Source: Bacteroides sp.
GTDB taxonomy: Bacteria > Bacteroidota > Bacteroidia > Bacteroidales > Muribaculaceae
Assembly (NCBI GenBank): GCA_014801235.1
Contig: JAAVEM010000039.1
Coordinates: 1 to 55,083 of the forward strand
Reading direction: 5' to 3'
DNA length: 55,083 bases
Shown here: positions 39,255-50,600 of the stretch, piece after piece
Position numbering within the stretch: position 1 is the first letter of the stretch
How the letters are laid out: every line of letters begins with the position of its first letter
Position numbers and translations under genes: made by a program
Notes under the pieces: model-generated
Told to the model about the DNA's origin: nothing
The model's input: the letters and a program-made list of their open reading frames with translations, nothing else
Databases searched by the model: none

Positions 39255-39630
39255 TCAAATATATCGAGCTGGGTAATAAGCTTGTTTTTTTCTCATTGTA
39301 AGTTATATTGTGCAAGGAATAGGGTAACATGCATTAATGGTATTAGGTGGTATCATTTTTAATGACAGCCTTTACTAGCTTTAGCATTTATGTTTATCGA
39401 GGATTCAAAAGTAAAAGAAGCTACAAAATGGTAAGCCATTAGAAATGTATAGACCCTCTGTTTCTTCAATAACTTATAAGTATTAAGGAGCATTGGATAC
39501 ACCCTAATCAATAAATGGAGTCAATGCATTGTAAGTTATTTTACTTATAACTGCTTTAGAGATAAATTGGGACATGATGTCTGCAATCTGTCTTAGGCTA
39601 ATCATTGGATTGATTGCCTTGTGTGGATAA
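39255..39630 (+). pseudogene. Possible decayed small membrane-protein gene
   Basis: Hydrophobic fragments across frames (ISSWVISLFF / LIVSYIVQGIG*HALMVLGGIIF / MTAFTSFSIYVY ... VILLITALEINWDMMSAICLRLIIGLIALCG*) broken by stops and frameshifts in T-runs. Confidence 0.3.
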
Positions 39631-39668
39631 CGTCAAGTCTATTTGTTTAATTATAATTTGAAATATAA

Positions 39669-40211
39669 ATGAGAAATTTCTTTCAATGTAAACTTGATTT
39701 GCATTACAATACAAAGCCAAAAGCAGTAAAACTGGATGTTCTAATTGAGGCTGAGAATGAAGAGTTGGCTAAAGATAAAGTTAATTCTTTCTATCAAGAT
39801 GTAATTCTCCATCCCCAAAAGACTATATATCTCTATAGCGAGGAGCAGCAAAAATATGTGCCTGTAGAATGTGATGCAGAGGAGACGGATAGTAGACTTA
39901 CTTCTGTGGATATACTATCTGTAAAAATGTCAAATATCTGTTGTTTTTGGGGCAACCAAAGTAAAAGCATATATATTGCAAAAGTTTATATTGACTTTAT
40001 ATCAGTAAAATCAATTCAGCACATTGCTATAGGAGCAACAGACTTTAAGGAAGCATATGAAATACTTGCCGCATCCTTTGTTAAGCCACATGAGATTGCT
40101 AGTCAGTTGGTGCTTGAAAAGCATTTGAAACTAATCACTGAGGCTGACTATGAGCATTTCTATTATGATGTCACTAGTTTTGAAAAGAGCAAATTGAAAA
40201 TGGTTCCGTAA
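39669..40211 (+). CDS. Hypothetical protein, possibly a distant DUF4494-like two-repeat protein
   Basis: FFQCKL...VLIEAENEELAKDKV and YIAKVYIDF...IAIGATDFKEAYEIL resemble the two halves of DUF4494 proteins (recalled similarity, not searched). Confidence 0.55.
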   Translation: MRNFFQCKLDLHYNTKPKAVKLDVLIEAENEELAKDKVNSFYQDVILHPQKTIYLYSEEQQKYVPVECDAEETDSRLTSVDILSVKMSNICCFWGNQSKSIYIAKVYIDFISVKSIQHIAIGATDFKEAYEILAASFVKPHEIASQLVLEKHLKLITEADYEHFYYDVTSFEKSKLKMVP

Positions 40212-40419
40212 GCATTATATTAATACACCAACTTTGGAGTCTTGAGAGGTCCTCAAGGTAACCAGGGATATGCCCAAAGGTAACCCACACTGTAAATCAA
40301 AGAAGAATGAACTAAGCGAAAGGATGTACGATATTAGTCCTAAATCTTGTTTCAATAAGGTTTAGGTGATATTACCCACATACATTAGAAGTTAGACAAA
40401 ATAACATTTTAATGCTGTG

Positions 40420-41679
40420 TTACCAGCCGCCTGAGGCGCCGCCTCCGCCGGTCATGCCTCCTCCGAAGGAGCCTCCTGAGAATCCGCCCCCTCCGCCAAA
40501 TCCGCCTTTGCCTCCGCCGGGAATTATGACTATCTTAGGAACAATCACTTTCGGAATTGTGTAGGAGGTTTGAGTGTGGTTTCCGCAATTGCGGCACACG
40601 TAATCCTTCAATCCCACTCCTTCATTATGCTCGGTAGGCTTGCGGATTATGCGGGCGCTGTTCAATGACATTGCTTTAGTGCCGCATTTTGGGCACACCT
40701 GATACGTTGATTGCTGATTGACGAAAGGCAGGATGTCGGTCTCGCCGCAAGTGTCACACAGCCACACGTCATAGTCCACCGAATCAAGTTGCTCTTCAAG
40801 ATCCTGAGCCGGAGTGAGATATTGGTTGTCGGTCTGCTCGTCGAGAAGTCTCATCTTGTGATGGCAGTTGGGACACACTCTGCGGTGATGGCGCTGATAC
40901 CTCATTGTCAGCCACACCAATAGCATTGAAATGAACGGGATGCCAAGACCTATGAAACCCATGATCAACCCCGGCACTTTCATTTGCCTTAATGCCATGT
41001 AGCGGTCATAGCGGTCCCGGCGACGCGTCTTGAAAAGTATCCACAGGAACCATGCGAACAGGAATATTGCTAAGGCGCTCCCTACAGAAAGCCATATTTT
41101 CAGAAATTCATCATCGTCATTATCGGTAGCGTCCCCGTCATTTTCATATTTTGACATGAGCTCTTCGGTAGCTCCTGGAGTAGTTGTCAACCGTGATATC
41201 TCGTTTACGGCAGCCGTTACCCCGCCGTCATAGTCGCCCTCCTTAAAATGAGGCGTCACGATGTTTCTTATTATTCTTCCGGCGATAATGTCGGGCACGA
41301 TTCCCTCCATGCCATATCCTGTGCGTATAGCCATTCGCCTGTCGTTGACCGACACGAGAAACAGCAATCCGTTGTCCTTGTCACGTTTTCCTATTCCCCA
41401 TTTTGAAAACAGCTCGGTGGCGAAACTGTCGATGTCGCCCCCTTCGATATTCTCGACTACCACCACAACGGCTTCGGCTGAAGTCTGCTTCCAGAGGTTG
41501 GATAGGGTAGAGTCGAGCTGAGCGACGGTTGCGCTTGAAAGCACGTTGTCGGGATTGCTCACATATTTTGTCCGATTGGCGACGTGGACATTGGGTATAT
41601 CTTCCGGGCGATATTCTTTTGCCGATATGCCAAGAAAAACGAGCAGCAGGGCGAGGAGTATTATATGGCGTTGTTTCAT
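40420..41679 (-). CDS. TPM-domain membrane protein with C-terminal Zn-ribbons and Gly-rich tail
   Basis: FSKWGIGKRDKDNGLLFLV, TGYGMEGIVPD; CPNC/CDTC/CPKC/CRNC; GGSFGGGMTGGGGASGGW. Confidence 0.9.
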   Translation of the reverse strand: MKQRHIILLALLLVFLGISAKEYRPEDIPNVHVANRTKYVSNPDNVLSSATVAQLDSTLSNLWKQTSAEAVVVVVENIEGGDIDSFATELFSKWGIGKRDKDNGLLFLVSVNDRRMAIRTGYGMEGIVPDIIAGRIIRNIVTPHFKEGDYDGGVTAAVNEISRLTTTPGATEELMSKYENDGDATDNDDDEFLKIWLSVGSALAIFLFAWFLWILFKTRRRDRYDRYMALRQMKVPGLIMGFIGLGIPFISMLLVWLTMRYQRHHRRVCPNCHHKMRLLDEQTDNQYLTPAQDLEEQLDSVDYDVWLCDTCGETDILPFVNQQSTYQVCPKCGTKAMSLNSARIIRKPTEHNEGVGLKDYVCRNCGNHTQTSYTIPKVIVPKIVIIPGGGKGGFGGGGGFSGGSFGGGMTGGGGASGGW

Positions 41680-41727
41680 TGTCTTTTTTTATGTTGTTGA
41701 GTTATTTCTGATTTTGTCCTCGGCGGG

Positions 41728-43065
41728 TTAAACGGCGGGCAGGCTCATGCCGCAAAGTTTTCGATATAAATCAAGGGCATATACGTCGGTCATGCCCGAA
41801 ATATGATCGAGCACTGCCTGAATTTTTCCGTAAAGCGTGGGCGCCGATATGTCATATTGTTTCGGGACCTTGCTCAATAATAGCGATGAATAGTTGAGCT
41901 CCGGAAATCTTACAGCATGAATCAGCTTCTCCATCAGGAACGAGATTATGCGATTACCGGCAAGCTCGATGTCGACCACGTCGCTGGCACGGTAGATCTT
42001 TGCCCATGCGAGAGCCGAGCATCGCTGATAGCCCTCTTTTTCAAGCCGGGATATGTGGTCGAGAAGCGAACCCTCGAAAGTGCCGCTGAGTATTTTGTCT
42101 TCATTCTCGACAAAAGCCTTGGCGCACTCCTTGACAAGGGTGTCGATGACGCAGCTGCGCAGATATGCGATTTTTTCGTTCGGGTCATCGACTTTATCCA
42201 TGGTCTTGTGCATCTTTTGCCTGCGCTCCTCAGGGAAAAACGACATGAACGTGTCGATCACCTCATGAGTGAGCAGCACTCTCAATTTGTGGGCGTCCTC
42301 GATATCCATCACCTGATAGCAGATGTCGTCGGCAGCTTCCACTATATACACGAGCGGATGGCGCGCATAGCGCACCTCTCCGTTTTTCCCGTATTTTGGA
42401 ATCATGCCAAGCTCATCGGCGATGCGCTGGAATGTCTCGACCTCCGATTCGAAAAAACCGAATTTTGATTTGCCGCCCGCCATTCGCGATTCATAAGGAT
42501 ACTTCACTATCGAGGCGAGCATCGAGTAGGTCATGGCAAAGCCTCCGGGACGTCGCCCGTTGAATTGATGGGTGAGCAGCCTGAAGGAGTTTGCATTTCC
42601 TTCAAAGTTTATAAGATCGGTCCACTGGCGTTCTGTCAGCATCGGGTTGAGGACCGACCCGGGACCTTCGCTGAAAAAGGTGGAAATCGCTTTCTCGCCC
42701 GAGTGTCCGAACGGCGGGTTGCCCAGGTCATGGGCAAGACAGGCGGCGCCGACGATTTCATCAAGGGCATCGAGTTTTTCCACCCAAGGCTCCGAGGCAT
42801 ATTTGGTCTTAAGGACCGTGCTGATTTCGTTGGCGAGAGAGCGTCCTACCGATGCCACCTCCATTGAATGGGTGAGGCGGTTGTGGACAAAGATGCTGCC
42901 CGGCAATGGGAAAACTTGCGTCTTGTTCTGCAAGCGTCGGAAAGGCGATGAAAAGACAAGCCGGTCAAAATCACGTTGAAAATCGCTGCGCGAGCCTTGA
43001 CGCGAATTATGGTAGTCCTCCAGACCAAGCCGTTTGTCGTTGATGAGCTTATCCCAATTCATCAT
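41728..43065 (-). CDS. dgt: Deoxyguanosinetriphosphate triphosphohydrolase (HD family)
   Basis: FRRLQNKTQVFP, HNRLTHSMEV, AHDLGNPPFGHSGE, FEGNA, EAADDICY, ISGMTD. Confidence 0.95.
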   Translation of the reverse strand: MMNWDKLINDKRLGLEDYHNSRQGSRSDFQRDFDRLVFSSPFRRLQNKTQVFPLPGSIFVHNRLTHSMEVASVGRSLANEISTVLKTKYASEPWVEKLDALDEIVGAACLAHDLGNPPFGHSGEKAISTFFSEGPGSVLNPMLTERQWTDLINFEGNANSFRLLTHQFNGRRPGGFAMTYSMLASIVKYPYESRMAGGKSKFGFFESEVETFQRIADELGMIPKYGKNGEVRYARHPLVYIVEAADDICYQVMDIEDAHKLRVLLTHEVIDTFMSFFPEERRQKMHKTMDKVDDPNEKIAYLRSCVIDTLVKECAKAFVENEDKILSGTFEGSLLDHISRLEKEGYQRCSALAWAKIYRASDVVDIELAGNRIISFLMEKLIHAVRFPELNYSSLLLSKVPKQYDISAPTLYGKIQAVLDHISGMTDVYALDLYRKLCGMSLPAV

Positions 43066-43217
43066 AGAATTCCAAGTTTAGAGTTCAAAGTTACCATATT
43101 TTTGGATATAATTCAAAATGTGAGCCATAGATTAATCAACATTTATTGGCTTTTTCCGTCTTTTTTAATTATATTTGCACGATTTTTTGTACAAGACAAA
43201 GTAGAAGTATAATTTTT

Positions 43218-45485
43218 ATGGCAAACCCAATTAAGAAAACCATCGAGCTCGGTGATGGACGCACCATCACACTTGAGACCGGGAAACTGGCTAAGCAAGC
43301 CGATGGAGCGGTAGAGTTGCGCATGGGCAATACGATGCTCCTCGCAACCGTGGTATCAGCCAAAGAGGCTGGTGAAGGCGTGGATTTCATGCCGTTGCAG
43401 GTAGAATACAAAGAGAAGTTTTCATCCAACGGGCGTTTTCCCGGAGGATTCCTCAAGCGTGAGGGCCGCGCGTCGGATTACGAGATTTTGACCGCGCGTC
43501 TTGTGGACCGTGTGTTGCGTCCGCTTTTCCCTGATAATTATCATGCCGACACATTCGTGAACATCACAATGTATTCGGCTGACGGAGAGGAGATGCCCGA
43601 TTCATTGGCTGGTCTTGCGGCTTCAGCTGCGCTTGCTGTGAGCGACATTCCTTTCAACGGACCCATTTCAGAAGTGCGCGTCGCCCGCATTAACGGCGAA
43701 TTTGTTATCAACCCCACCTTCAAGCAACTTGAAGATGCCGACATGGAATTGATGGTCGGAGCCACCTATGACAACATCATGATGGTGGAAGGTGAAATGA
43801 AGGAAGTTAGCGAGAACGATCTTCTTGCCGCATTGAAAGCTGCCCACGATGCCATAAAAGTTCAATGCTTAGCCCAGATAGAGCTTGCAAAAGAAGCAAA
43901 AGCGACCGTTAAACGCGAATACTGCCACGAAGTTAACGACGAAGAGCTTCGCAAGGATGTTCATGACAAGTGTTATGACAAGGCTTATGCGATAGCTAAA
44001 GCCGGAAGCGCCGACAAGCACTGGCGTCAGGATTCTTTCGATGCCATCTGCAATGAATATATCGAATCTCTTCCCGAAGAGGAGCGTGATGAAAAGGCTC
44101 CGCTCGTTAAGCGTTACTATCATGATGTTGAGCGTGAGGCTGTGCGTCGTTGCATCCTTGACGAAGGTGTGCGTCTTGACGGTCGTAAGACAACCGACAT
44201 CCGCCCCATCTGGATTGAAACCGACTATGTTCCGGGACCTCACGGATCGGCTGTGTTCACTCGTGGAGAGACTCAGGCGCTTGCCACTGTCACTCTTGGA
44301 ACCAAGCTCGACGAAAAGATTCTCGACGAAGTTCTCACTCAAGGAAAAGAGCGCTTTTTGCTCCACTATAATTTCCCTCCCTTCTCTACCGGCGAGGCTA
44401 AGCCCACCCGCGGCGTAGGTCGCCGTGAAGTCGGTCATGGCAATCTTGCCCATCGCGCGCTTAAGGGCATGTTCCCCGAAGGGTTCCCTTATGTTTGCCG
44501 CATCGTGAGCGATATTCTTGAATCTAACGGTTCGTCGTCAATGGCAACCGTGTGTGCCGGAACTCTTGCTCTTCTTGATGCAGGTGTGCGCATGAAAAAG
44601 CCTGTCAGCGGTATCGCGATGGGACTTATCACCGACACCGACGGCAAGAAATATGCAGTGCTTTCCGACATCCTCGGCGACGAGGACCATCTTGGCGACA
44701 TGGACTTCAAGGTGACCGGAACTCGCGACGGTATCACTGCCACACAGATGGATATCAAGTGCGACGGTCTCTCTTACGAGATTCTTGAGAAGGCGCTTCT
44801 TCAGGCTCGTGACGGACGCCTCCACATCCTCGACCTTATCGAGCAGGCAATCCCCGCTCCTCGCGAAGACTACAAGCCCAATGTTCCGAGAATCGTGACC
44901 ATGACAATTCCTAAGGATTTGATCGGCGCAGTGATTGGACCGGGCGGAAAGATTATCCAAGGCATCCAGGAAGCCTCGGGAGCTACTGTTTCTATCGATG
45001 AAATCAACAACGAAGGCTTCATCGAGGTGGCTGCTACCAACAAGGCGTCGATGGACAAGGCTCTTGAAATGATCAACGCGATTGTTCAACTTCCCGAAGA
45101 GGGCAAGACCTACACCGGTAAAGTCCGTTCAATCCTTGATTTCGGAGCGTTTGTTGAATTTATGCCTAACCGTGACGGTCTTCTCCACATCTCTGAAATA
45201 AGCTGGGAGCGTCTTGAAAACATGGAAGCTTCCGGACTTAACGAAGGTGACACTGTTGAAGTGAAACTCATCGAAATCGATAAGAAGACAGGCAAGTACC
45301 GTCTTTCTATGCGCGCTTTGCAGCCGAAACCCGAAGGCTATGTTGAGCCGCAGCGTCGTGAGCGTCCTCAGCGAAATAATGGCGATCGTCCCCAGCGTCG
45401 TGACGACCGTCCTCGCCGTGATGACCGCGCTCCCCGCCGCGATGATCGTCGCCCTCGTCGCGAAGAGCAGCGCAATGAAGAATAA
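43218..45485 (+). CDS. pnp: Polyribonucleotide nucleotidyltransferase (PNPase)
   Basis: [47 protein letters not shown] and S1 domains; ATG 43218. Confidence 0.98.
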   Translation: MANPIKKTIELGDGRTITLETGKLAKQADGAVELRMGNTMLLATVVSAKEAGEGVDFMPLQVEYKEKFSSNGRFPGGFLKREGRASDYEILTARLVDRVLRPLFPDNYHADTFVNITMYSADGEEMPDSLAGLAASAALAVSDIPFNGPISEVRVARINGEFVINPTFKQLEDADMELMVGATYDNIMMVEGEMKEVSENDLLAALKAAHDAIKVQCLAQIELAKEAKATVKREYCHEVNDEELRKDVHDKCYDKAYAIAKAGSADKHWRQDSFDAICNEYIESLPEEERDEKAPLVKRYYHDVEREAVRRCILDEGVRLDGRKTTDIRPIWIETDYVPGPHGSAVFTRGETQALATVTLGTKLDEKILDEVLTQGKERFLLHYNFPPFSTGEAKPTRGVGRREVGHGNLAHRALKGMFPEGFPYVCRIVSDILESNGSSSMATVCAGTLALLDAGVRMKKPVSGIAMGLITDTDGKKYAVLSDILGDEDHLGDMDFKVTGTRDGITATQMDIKCDGLSYEILEKALLQARDGRLHILDLIEQAIPAPREDYKPNVPRIVTMTIPKDLIGAVIGPGGKIIQGIQEASGATVSIDEINNEGFIEVAATNKASMDKALEMINAIVQLPEEGKTYTGKVRSILDFGAFVEFMPNRDGLLHISEISWERLENMEASGLNEGDTVEVKLIEIDKKTGKYRLSMRALQPKPEGYVEPQRRERPQRNNGDRPQRRDDRPRRDDRAPRRDDRRPRREEQRNEE

Positions 45486-45506
45486 AAATTCGTTTAAATT
45501 TGTTAT

Positions 45507-45539
45507 AAGTGAGAGCACACCATGTGTTCTCACTTTTTT
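45507..45539 (+). terminator. pnp terminator
   Basis: aagtgagagcaca-cca-tgtgttctcactt followed by T-run. Confidence 0.8.
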
Positions 45540-45563
45540 ATTAAATATTAATAGGAATAATAG

Positions 45564-46541
45564 ATGTTACTTGACTCTCTGTTTTTAGTCTTGGGGCTTG
45601 TCTTGATTCTCGTCGGGGCGAATGCCCTCACCGACGGAGCCTCGGCGGTGGCTAAGCGCTTTGGCATAAGCGACCTCGTGATAGGCTTGACCGTGGTGGC
45701 GTTTGGAACCTCCGCTCCCGAGCTTGTGATAAGCATCGTTTCGGCTATAAATGGCAGCGCGGAGCTTGCCGTGGGAAATGTTGTCGGGAGCAACCTTTTC
45801 AACACTCTCGTCATCATTGGCGTCACCGCAATGATTGTTCCGATGACAATCAGCCGCGGGATTATGATTAATGAGATTCCGCTGGTGATTCTTTCCTCGA
45901 TAGTGCTGCTGGTGATGGGCAACGGCCCTCTGCTCGACGGAACAAGCGAAATGATGATAACCCGCAGCAGCGGAATAGTGCTGTTGCTGTTTTTCGCCAT
46001 TTTCATGCGCTACACTTTTTCTCAGGCGAAGAATGCCTCGCCCGATGATCCCGCTCAGGAAGAAGCGTCGCAAAAGAAGCCGATGTCCATGTTGAAATCC
46101 GTGATTTGGGTTGTAGGCGGACTCGCTGCGCTGATTTATGGTGGCGACCGTTTTGTTGCCGGCGCGTCGGGCATTGCCCGCGGGCTTGGTGTCAGCGAGG
46201 CGGTGATCGGCTTGACTATCGTGGCTGCCGGCACGTCTCTGCCTGAACTTGCAACCTCCATTGCGGCGGCTCTTAAAGGCAAGACCGGGATAGCCCTTGG
46301 CAACGTCATCGGCAGCAACATTTTCAACATCTTTCTCGTGCTTGGAGCGTCGGCAACAATACGCCCGCTTGCGTTTGGCGATATCGGGAATTTTGACCTG
46401 TTGACTCTTGTCGTCGCTTCATTGCTCTTCTGGATATTCGGGTGGTTTTTCAAAACAAGAACTATTACGCGCGTTGAAGGCGCGATAATGACAGCCGTCT
46501 ACATCGGCTATGTCGGAGTGTTGATAGCAAATGCCGCTTAA
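45564..46541 (+). CDS. Calcium/sodium antiporter (YrbG/CaCA family)
   Basis: Two alpha-repeats GLTVVAFGTSAPEL / GLTIVAAGTSLPEL and GNVVGSN / GNVIGSN. Confidence 0.93.
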   Translation: MLLDSLFLVLGLVLILVGANALTDGASAVAKRFGISDLVIGLTVVAFGTSAPELVISIVSAINGSAELAVGNVVGSNLFNTLVIIGVTAMIVPMTISRGIMINEIPLVILSSIVLLVMGNGPLLDGTSEMMITRSSGIVLLLFFAIFMRYTFSQAKNASPDDPAQEEASQKKPMSMLKSVIWVVGGLAALIYGGDRFVAGASGIARGLGVSEAVIGLTIVAAGTSLPELATSIAAALKGKTGIALGNVIGSNIFNIFLVLGASATIRPLAFGDIGNFDLLTLVVASLLFWIFGWFFKTRTITRVEGAIMTAVYIGYVGVLIANAA

Positions 46542-46634
46542 ATTTGGGAGATATTAAAATTTTTGGTTACATTTGCATTATTGAACAAAATTCAAGAGAG
46601 ATATAAAAATAGCAAAAATTAAAATTGGATTAAG

Positions 46635-47189
46635 ATGAAAAAGAAATTTATCTGTACCGTATGCGGTTACGTTCATGAAGGTGATGAAGCTCCTGAAAAG
46701 TGCCCTCTTTGCGGCGCTCCGGCAAGCAAATTCAAAGAAATGGAAGAGAATCCCGTGCTTCAGTTCGTGACTGAACATGAAATTGGTGTTGCAAAGGATA
46801 CTGACGATCAGATGAAGGCTGACCTCACCGCTCACTTCAACGGCGAGTGTATGGAGGTGGGCATGTATCTTGCTATGTCTCGTCAGGCTGATCGCGAGGG
46901 ATATCCTGACATCGCTGAAGCTTTCAAGCGCTACGCTTTCGAAGAAGCTGAACATGCTTCTAAATTCGCTGAACTCCTCGGCGAGCACGTTTGGGACACC
47001 AAGACTAACCTTGAAAAGCGTATGGCTGCTGAAGCAGGCGCTAACGCCGATAAGATGCGCATTGCTCGTCGCGCGAAAGAACTCAACCTCGACGCTATCC
47101 ACGACACTGTTCATGAAATGGCTAAGGATGAGGCTCGCCACGGACAGGGCTTCCAGGGCTTGTATAACCGCCATTTCGGAAAGAAATAA
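46635..47189 (+). CDS. Reverse rubrerythrin / NADH peroxidase
   Basis: N-terminal rubredoxin CTVCGY...CPLCG followed by ferritin-like domain with EEAEHA and DEARHG. Confidence 0.92.
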   Translation: MKKKFICTVCGYVHEGDEAPEKCPLCGAPASKFKEMEENPVLQFVTEHEIGVAKDTDDQMKADLTAHFNGECMEVGMYLAMSRQADREGYPDIAEAFKRYAFEEAEHASKFAELLGEHVWDTKTNLEKRMAAEAGANADKMRIARRAKELNLDAIHDTVHEMAKDEARHGQGFQGLYNRHFGKK

Positions 47190-47214
47190 TTATATACCGA
47201 ATCAGTATAAATGG

Positions 47215-47251
47215 GCGAGATTCCGATTCCGGAGTCTCGCTTCATTTTTTT
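47215..47251 (+). terminator. Terminator after rubrerythrin
   Basis: gcgagattcc...ggagtctcgc followed by T-rich tail. Confidence 0.7.
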
Positions 47252-47602
47252 GTATTTTACAGCAATGATTGCAGCCTATGATGTGATTGATTTCGTGATA
47301 ATAGGCTATATGCTTTCAATTTGCGAATGTGGATTGTTTATTTCTGGCAAAAAGTGCTTGATTTACGGTTAATTTGAACATTGCTTGTCGTTAACAAGCG
47401 GAATTAGTATCTTTTAACACATGAGGCGTGTGTAATACTGGGAATTTCTATATCTTTGTTTCCGTAAATGCTTAAATTAATAATTTTAATCCTCTATTTG
47501 ATTAAAATTTGTAAATCAGGAGATGTGTTCAAATGCTATTAATTTAGTCGTTACGTGTTTGTGTGTAAATTGTTTTATTAAACCAGTTATTAATCGTTTT
47601 TC

Positions 47603-50600
47603 ATGCGAAAAAGTCTTTTAATGCTGTTGGTCATGACGTTTATAGGAGTCATGACAATGGCAGCTCAGACACGGACTGTGTCCGGAGTCGTTTTATCGGC
47701 GGATGATGATGAGCCGATATTGGGAGCGACCGTTATGATTAAGGGTACCCAAGTGGGCGGTACGACCGATATTGACGGAAAGTTCTCCATCACAAATGTT
47801 CCTTCGAGTGCTAAGACCATGACTGTAAGTTACATCGGTATGAAACCGCAGGAAGTGGCTATTCAAAAGGATTTCATGACAATAAAACTCGAATCCGCTG
47901 CCGAGCAGCTTGAGGAAGTCGTTGTCACCGGTATGCACAAGATGGACAAGCGTCTTTTCACCGGAGCCGCGACCAAAATAGACGCTCAGGATGCCCGCAT
48001 CAGCGGTATGGCTGACATTAGCCGAAGCCTTGAAGGGCGAGCTGCCGGAGTATCGGTGCAGAACGTGTCGGGAACTTTCGGTACTGCGCCTAAGATCAGG
48101 GTTCGTGGAGCTACCTCGATCTATGGTAGTTCCAAGCCGCTTTGGGTTGTCGACGGAGTGATAATGGAAGATGTCATGAATGTCTCTGCCGACGATTTGT
48201 CATCAGGAAACGCCGAGACCCTTATCTCTTCGGCTATCGCAGGACTGAATGCCGACGACATCGAGAGCTTCGACATCCTTAAGGACGGTTCCGCTACATC
48301 TATCTATGGAGCGCGCGCCATGGCTGGCGTGATTGTCGTCACTACAAAGCGAGGAAAAACAGGGCAGAACTCCATCTCCTACACCGGCGAGTTCACCATG
48401 CGCCTGAAACCGAGCTACAGCACTTACAATATAATGAACTCGCAGGACCAGATGAGCGTCTACCAGGAACTGCAGCAGAAAGGCTACCTCAATTATGCCG
48501 AGATCGTGAATGCGTCGGCGAGCGGAGTATATGGAAAGATGTATGAGCTCATCACTCAATATGATCCCGTTTCAAAGAAGTTCATGCTGGAAAACACTCC
48601 CGAGGCGCGTGCCCAATACTTGCGCGAGGCGGAATATCGCAACACCGACTGGTTCGACGAATTGTTCTCTACCTCAGTGATGCAGAATCACTCGGTGTCG
48701 CTATCTTCAGGAACTGACAAAGCCCAGTACTATGTGTCGGCGAGCGCCATGTATGATCCGGGATGGTATAAGCAGAGTGCCGTTCAGCGATATACCGCCA
48801 ACTTCAACGGCAATTTCAATATTTCCGACAAAGTTTCATTCAACTTGATCAGCAACGCCTCGTTCCGCAAGCAGAAAGCCCCCGGAACTCTTGGAAGCGA
48901 TGTCGACGTGGTGAGCGGAGAAGTGAAACGTGATTTCGACATCAACCCTTATTCCTACGCCCTCAACACTTCGCGCACTCTTGACCCCAACACGTTCTAC
49001 ACCCGCAACTATGCGCCTTTCAACATCTCTCACGAGCTCGACAATAACTATATGAAGCTTGGAGTGAATGACTTCCGCCTTACCGGAGTGCTCACCTACA
49101 AGCCTATACGCAAAGTGGAATTCACTTTGCTCGGCGGACTTCAGAGCACCACTACCCGCCAGGAGCATTTCATCCTTGACGAATCAAATCAGGCGCAGGC
49201 TTATCGCGCGATGCCGTCGACCGACATCCGCGACAAAAACAAATACCTCTACACCGACCCCGATGATATTTTCGCCGTGCCCATCACCATTCTCCCCAAC
49301 GGAGGTATCTATGAGCGCGCTGACCGCGATATGTTCAAGTGGGACTTGCGCGCCTCGGCAAAATATAATGATGTCTACAACGACAATCACATAGTAAACC
49401 TCTACGCAGGTATGGAGACCAACTCTGTCGACCGCCATGCCACATGGTTCCGTGGTTGGGGTATGCAATACAATCTCGGTGAAATCGCCAACTACGCCTA
49501 CCATGCTTTCAAGCGCGGCAAGGAAGAAAACACCGATTACTACACGCTCACTAACACCAGCGAGCGCAGCGCCGCTTTCTTCGCCAATGCCACTTATTCT
49601 TATCAGGGAAAATATACCCTCAACGGAACCATCCGATATGAAGGAACCAACTCTCTTGGAAAGAGCCGCAAGTCACGCTGGCTCCCCACATGGAACATTT
49701 CAGGTTCATGGAACGTCCATGAAGAATCATGGTTCCGTGACTTTGAGCCCAAGTGGAGCCACTTGACCCTTAAAGCCTCTTATTCGCTCACCGGCGACCG
49801 TCCTTCGGTCAGCAACGCCTACTCGATTATTAAGGCTTCAAACACCTGGCGCCCCAGCACGAGCACCAGCGAAACCCAGCTCTATCTTGCCGAACTCGCC
49901 AACAGCGACTTGACCTATGAGAAGAAGCATGAGCTGAACCTCGGTCTTTCAACTGGATTCTTCAACAATCGCATCAATATCGATTTTGACTGGTATCGCC
50001 GCAACAACTATGACCTGATCGGTATCGCCAACACCCAGGGAGTGGGCGGTCAAATCCGCAAGTTCGGCAACATCGCCTCCATGAAGTCCCACGGTGTGGA
50101 GCTCTCGCTTACTACCCGCAATATAGTGACCCGCGACTTCTCCTGGACAACCAACTTCATCTACTCCTATAATAAGAATGAGGTTACCGACCTGAAGACC
50201 ACCAAGCGCGTCATCGACCTTGTTGCAGGCAACGGTTTCGCCCAGGAGGGTTACCCCGTGCGCTCGTTGTTCTCCATCCCGTTCATGGGACTTAATGACG
50301 AAGGACTGCCCACATTCCTTGACCAGGACGGCAACATCACCACTTCGGGCGTCTACTTCCAGACCTCTGACCCCGACAAGCTCGGCTTCTTGAAATATTC
50401 GGGAAGCATGGACCCCTCTGATGTTGGTTCGCTTGGCAACATATTCCGTTATAAGGATATTTCACTGAACCTCTATGTGACCTACTCCTTTGGCAACGTC
50501 ATCCGTCTCGATCCGGTGTTCCGCAACACCTACACCGACTTGACCGCCACCCCCAAGGAGTTCAACAACCGCTGGGCTGTGCCGGGCGATGAGAACTATA

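Larger units (their letters stand above)
37930..40419. mobile_element. AT-rich horizontally acquired islet (no integrase/transposase seen)
   Basis: Abrupt shift to AT-rich composition with A/T-ending codons between rluA and the TPM gene; orphan ORFs. Boundaries approximate. Confidence 0.55.

Noticed and set aside
41728..43065. dGTPase as an anti-phage defence gene
   Set aside because: Host-like composition and housekeeping context (divergent from pnp); it lies outside the AT-rich islet.
45350..45482. RRDDRP-type repeats at the end of pnp, and the GGM / Gly-rich tails of groEL and the TPM protein
   Set aside because: Common low-complexity C-terminal tails in these families.
47270..47602. Invertible promoter upstream of susC
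   Set aside because: No inverted repeat pair flanks the TATCTTTG box; gtcgtta occurs twice but in direct orientation, and no recombinase is adjacent.
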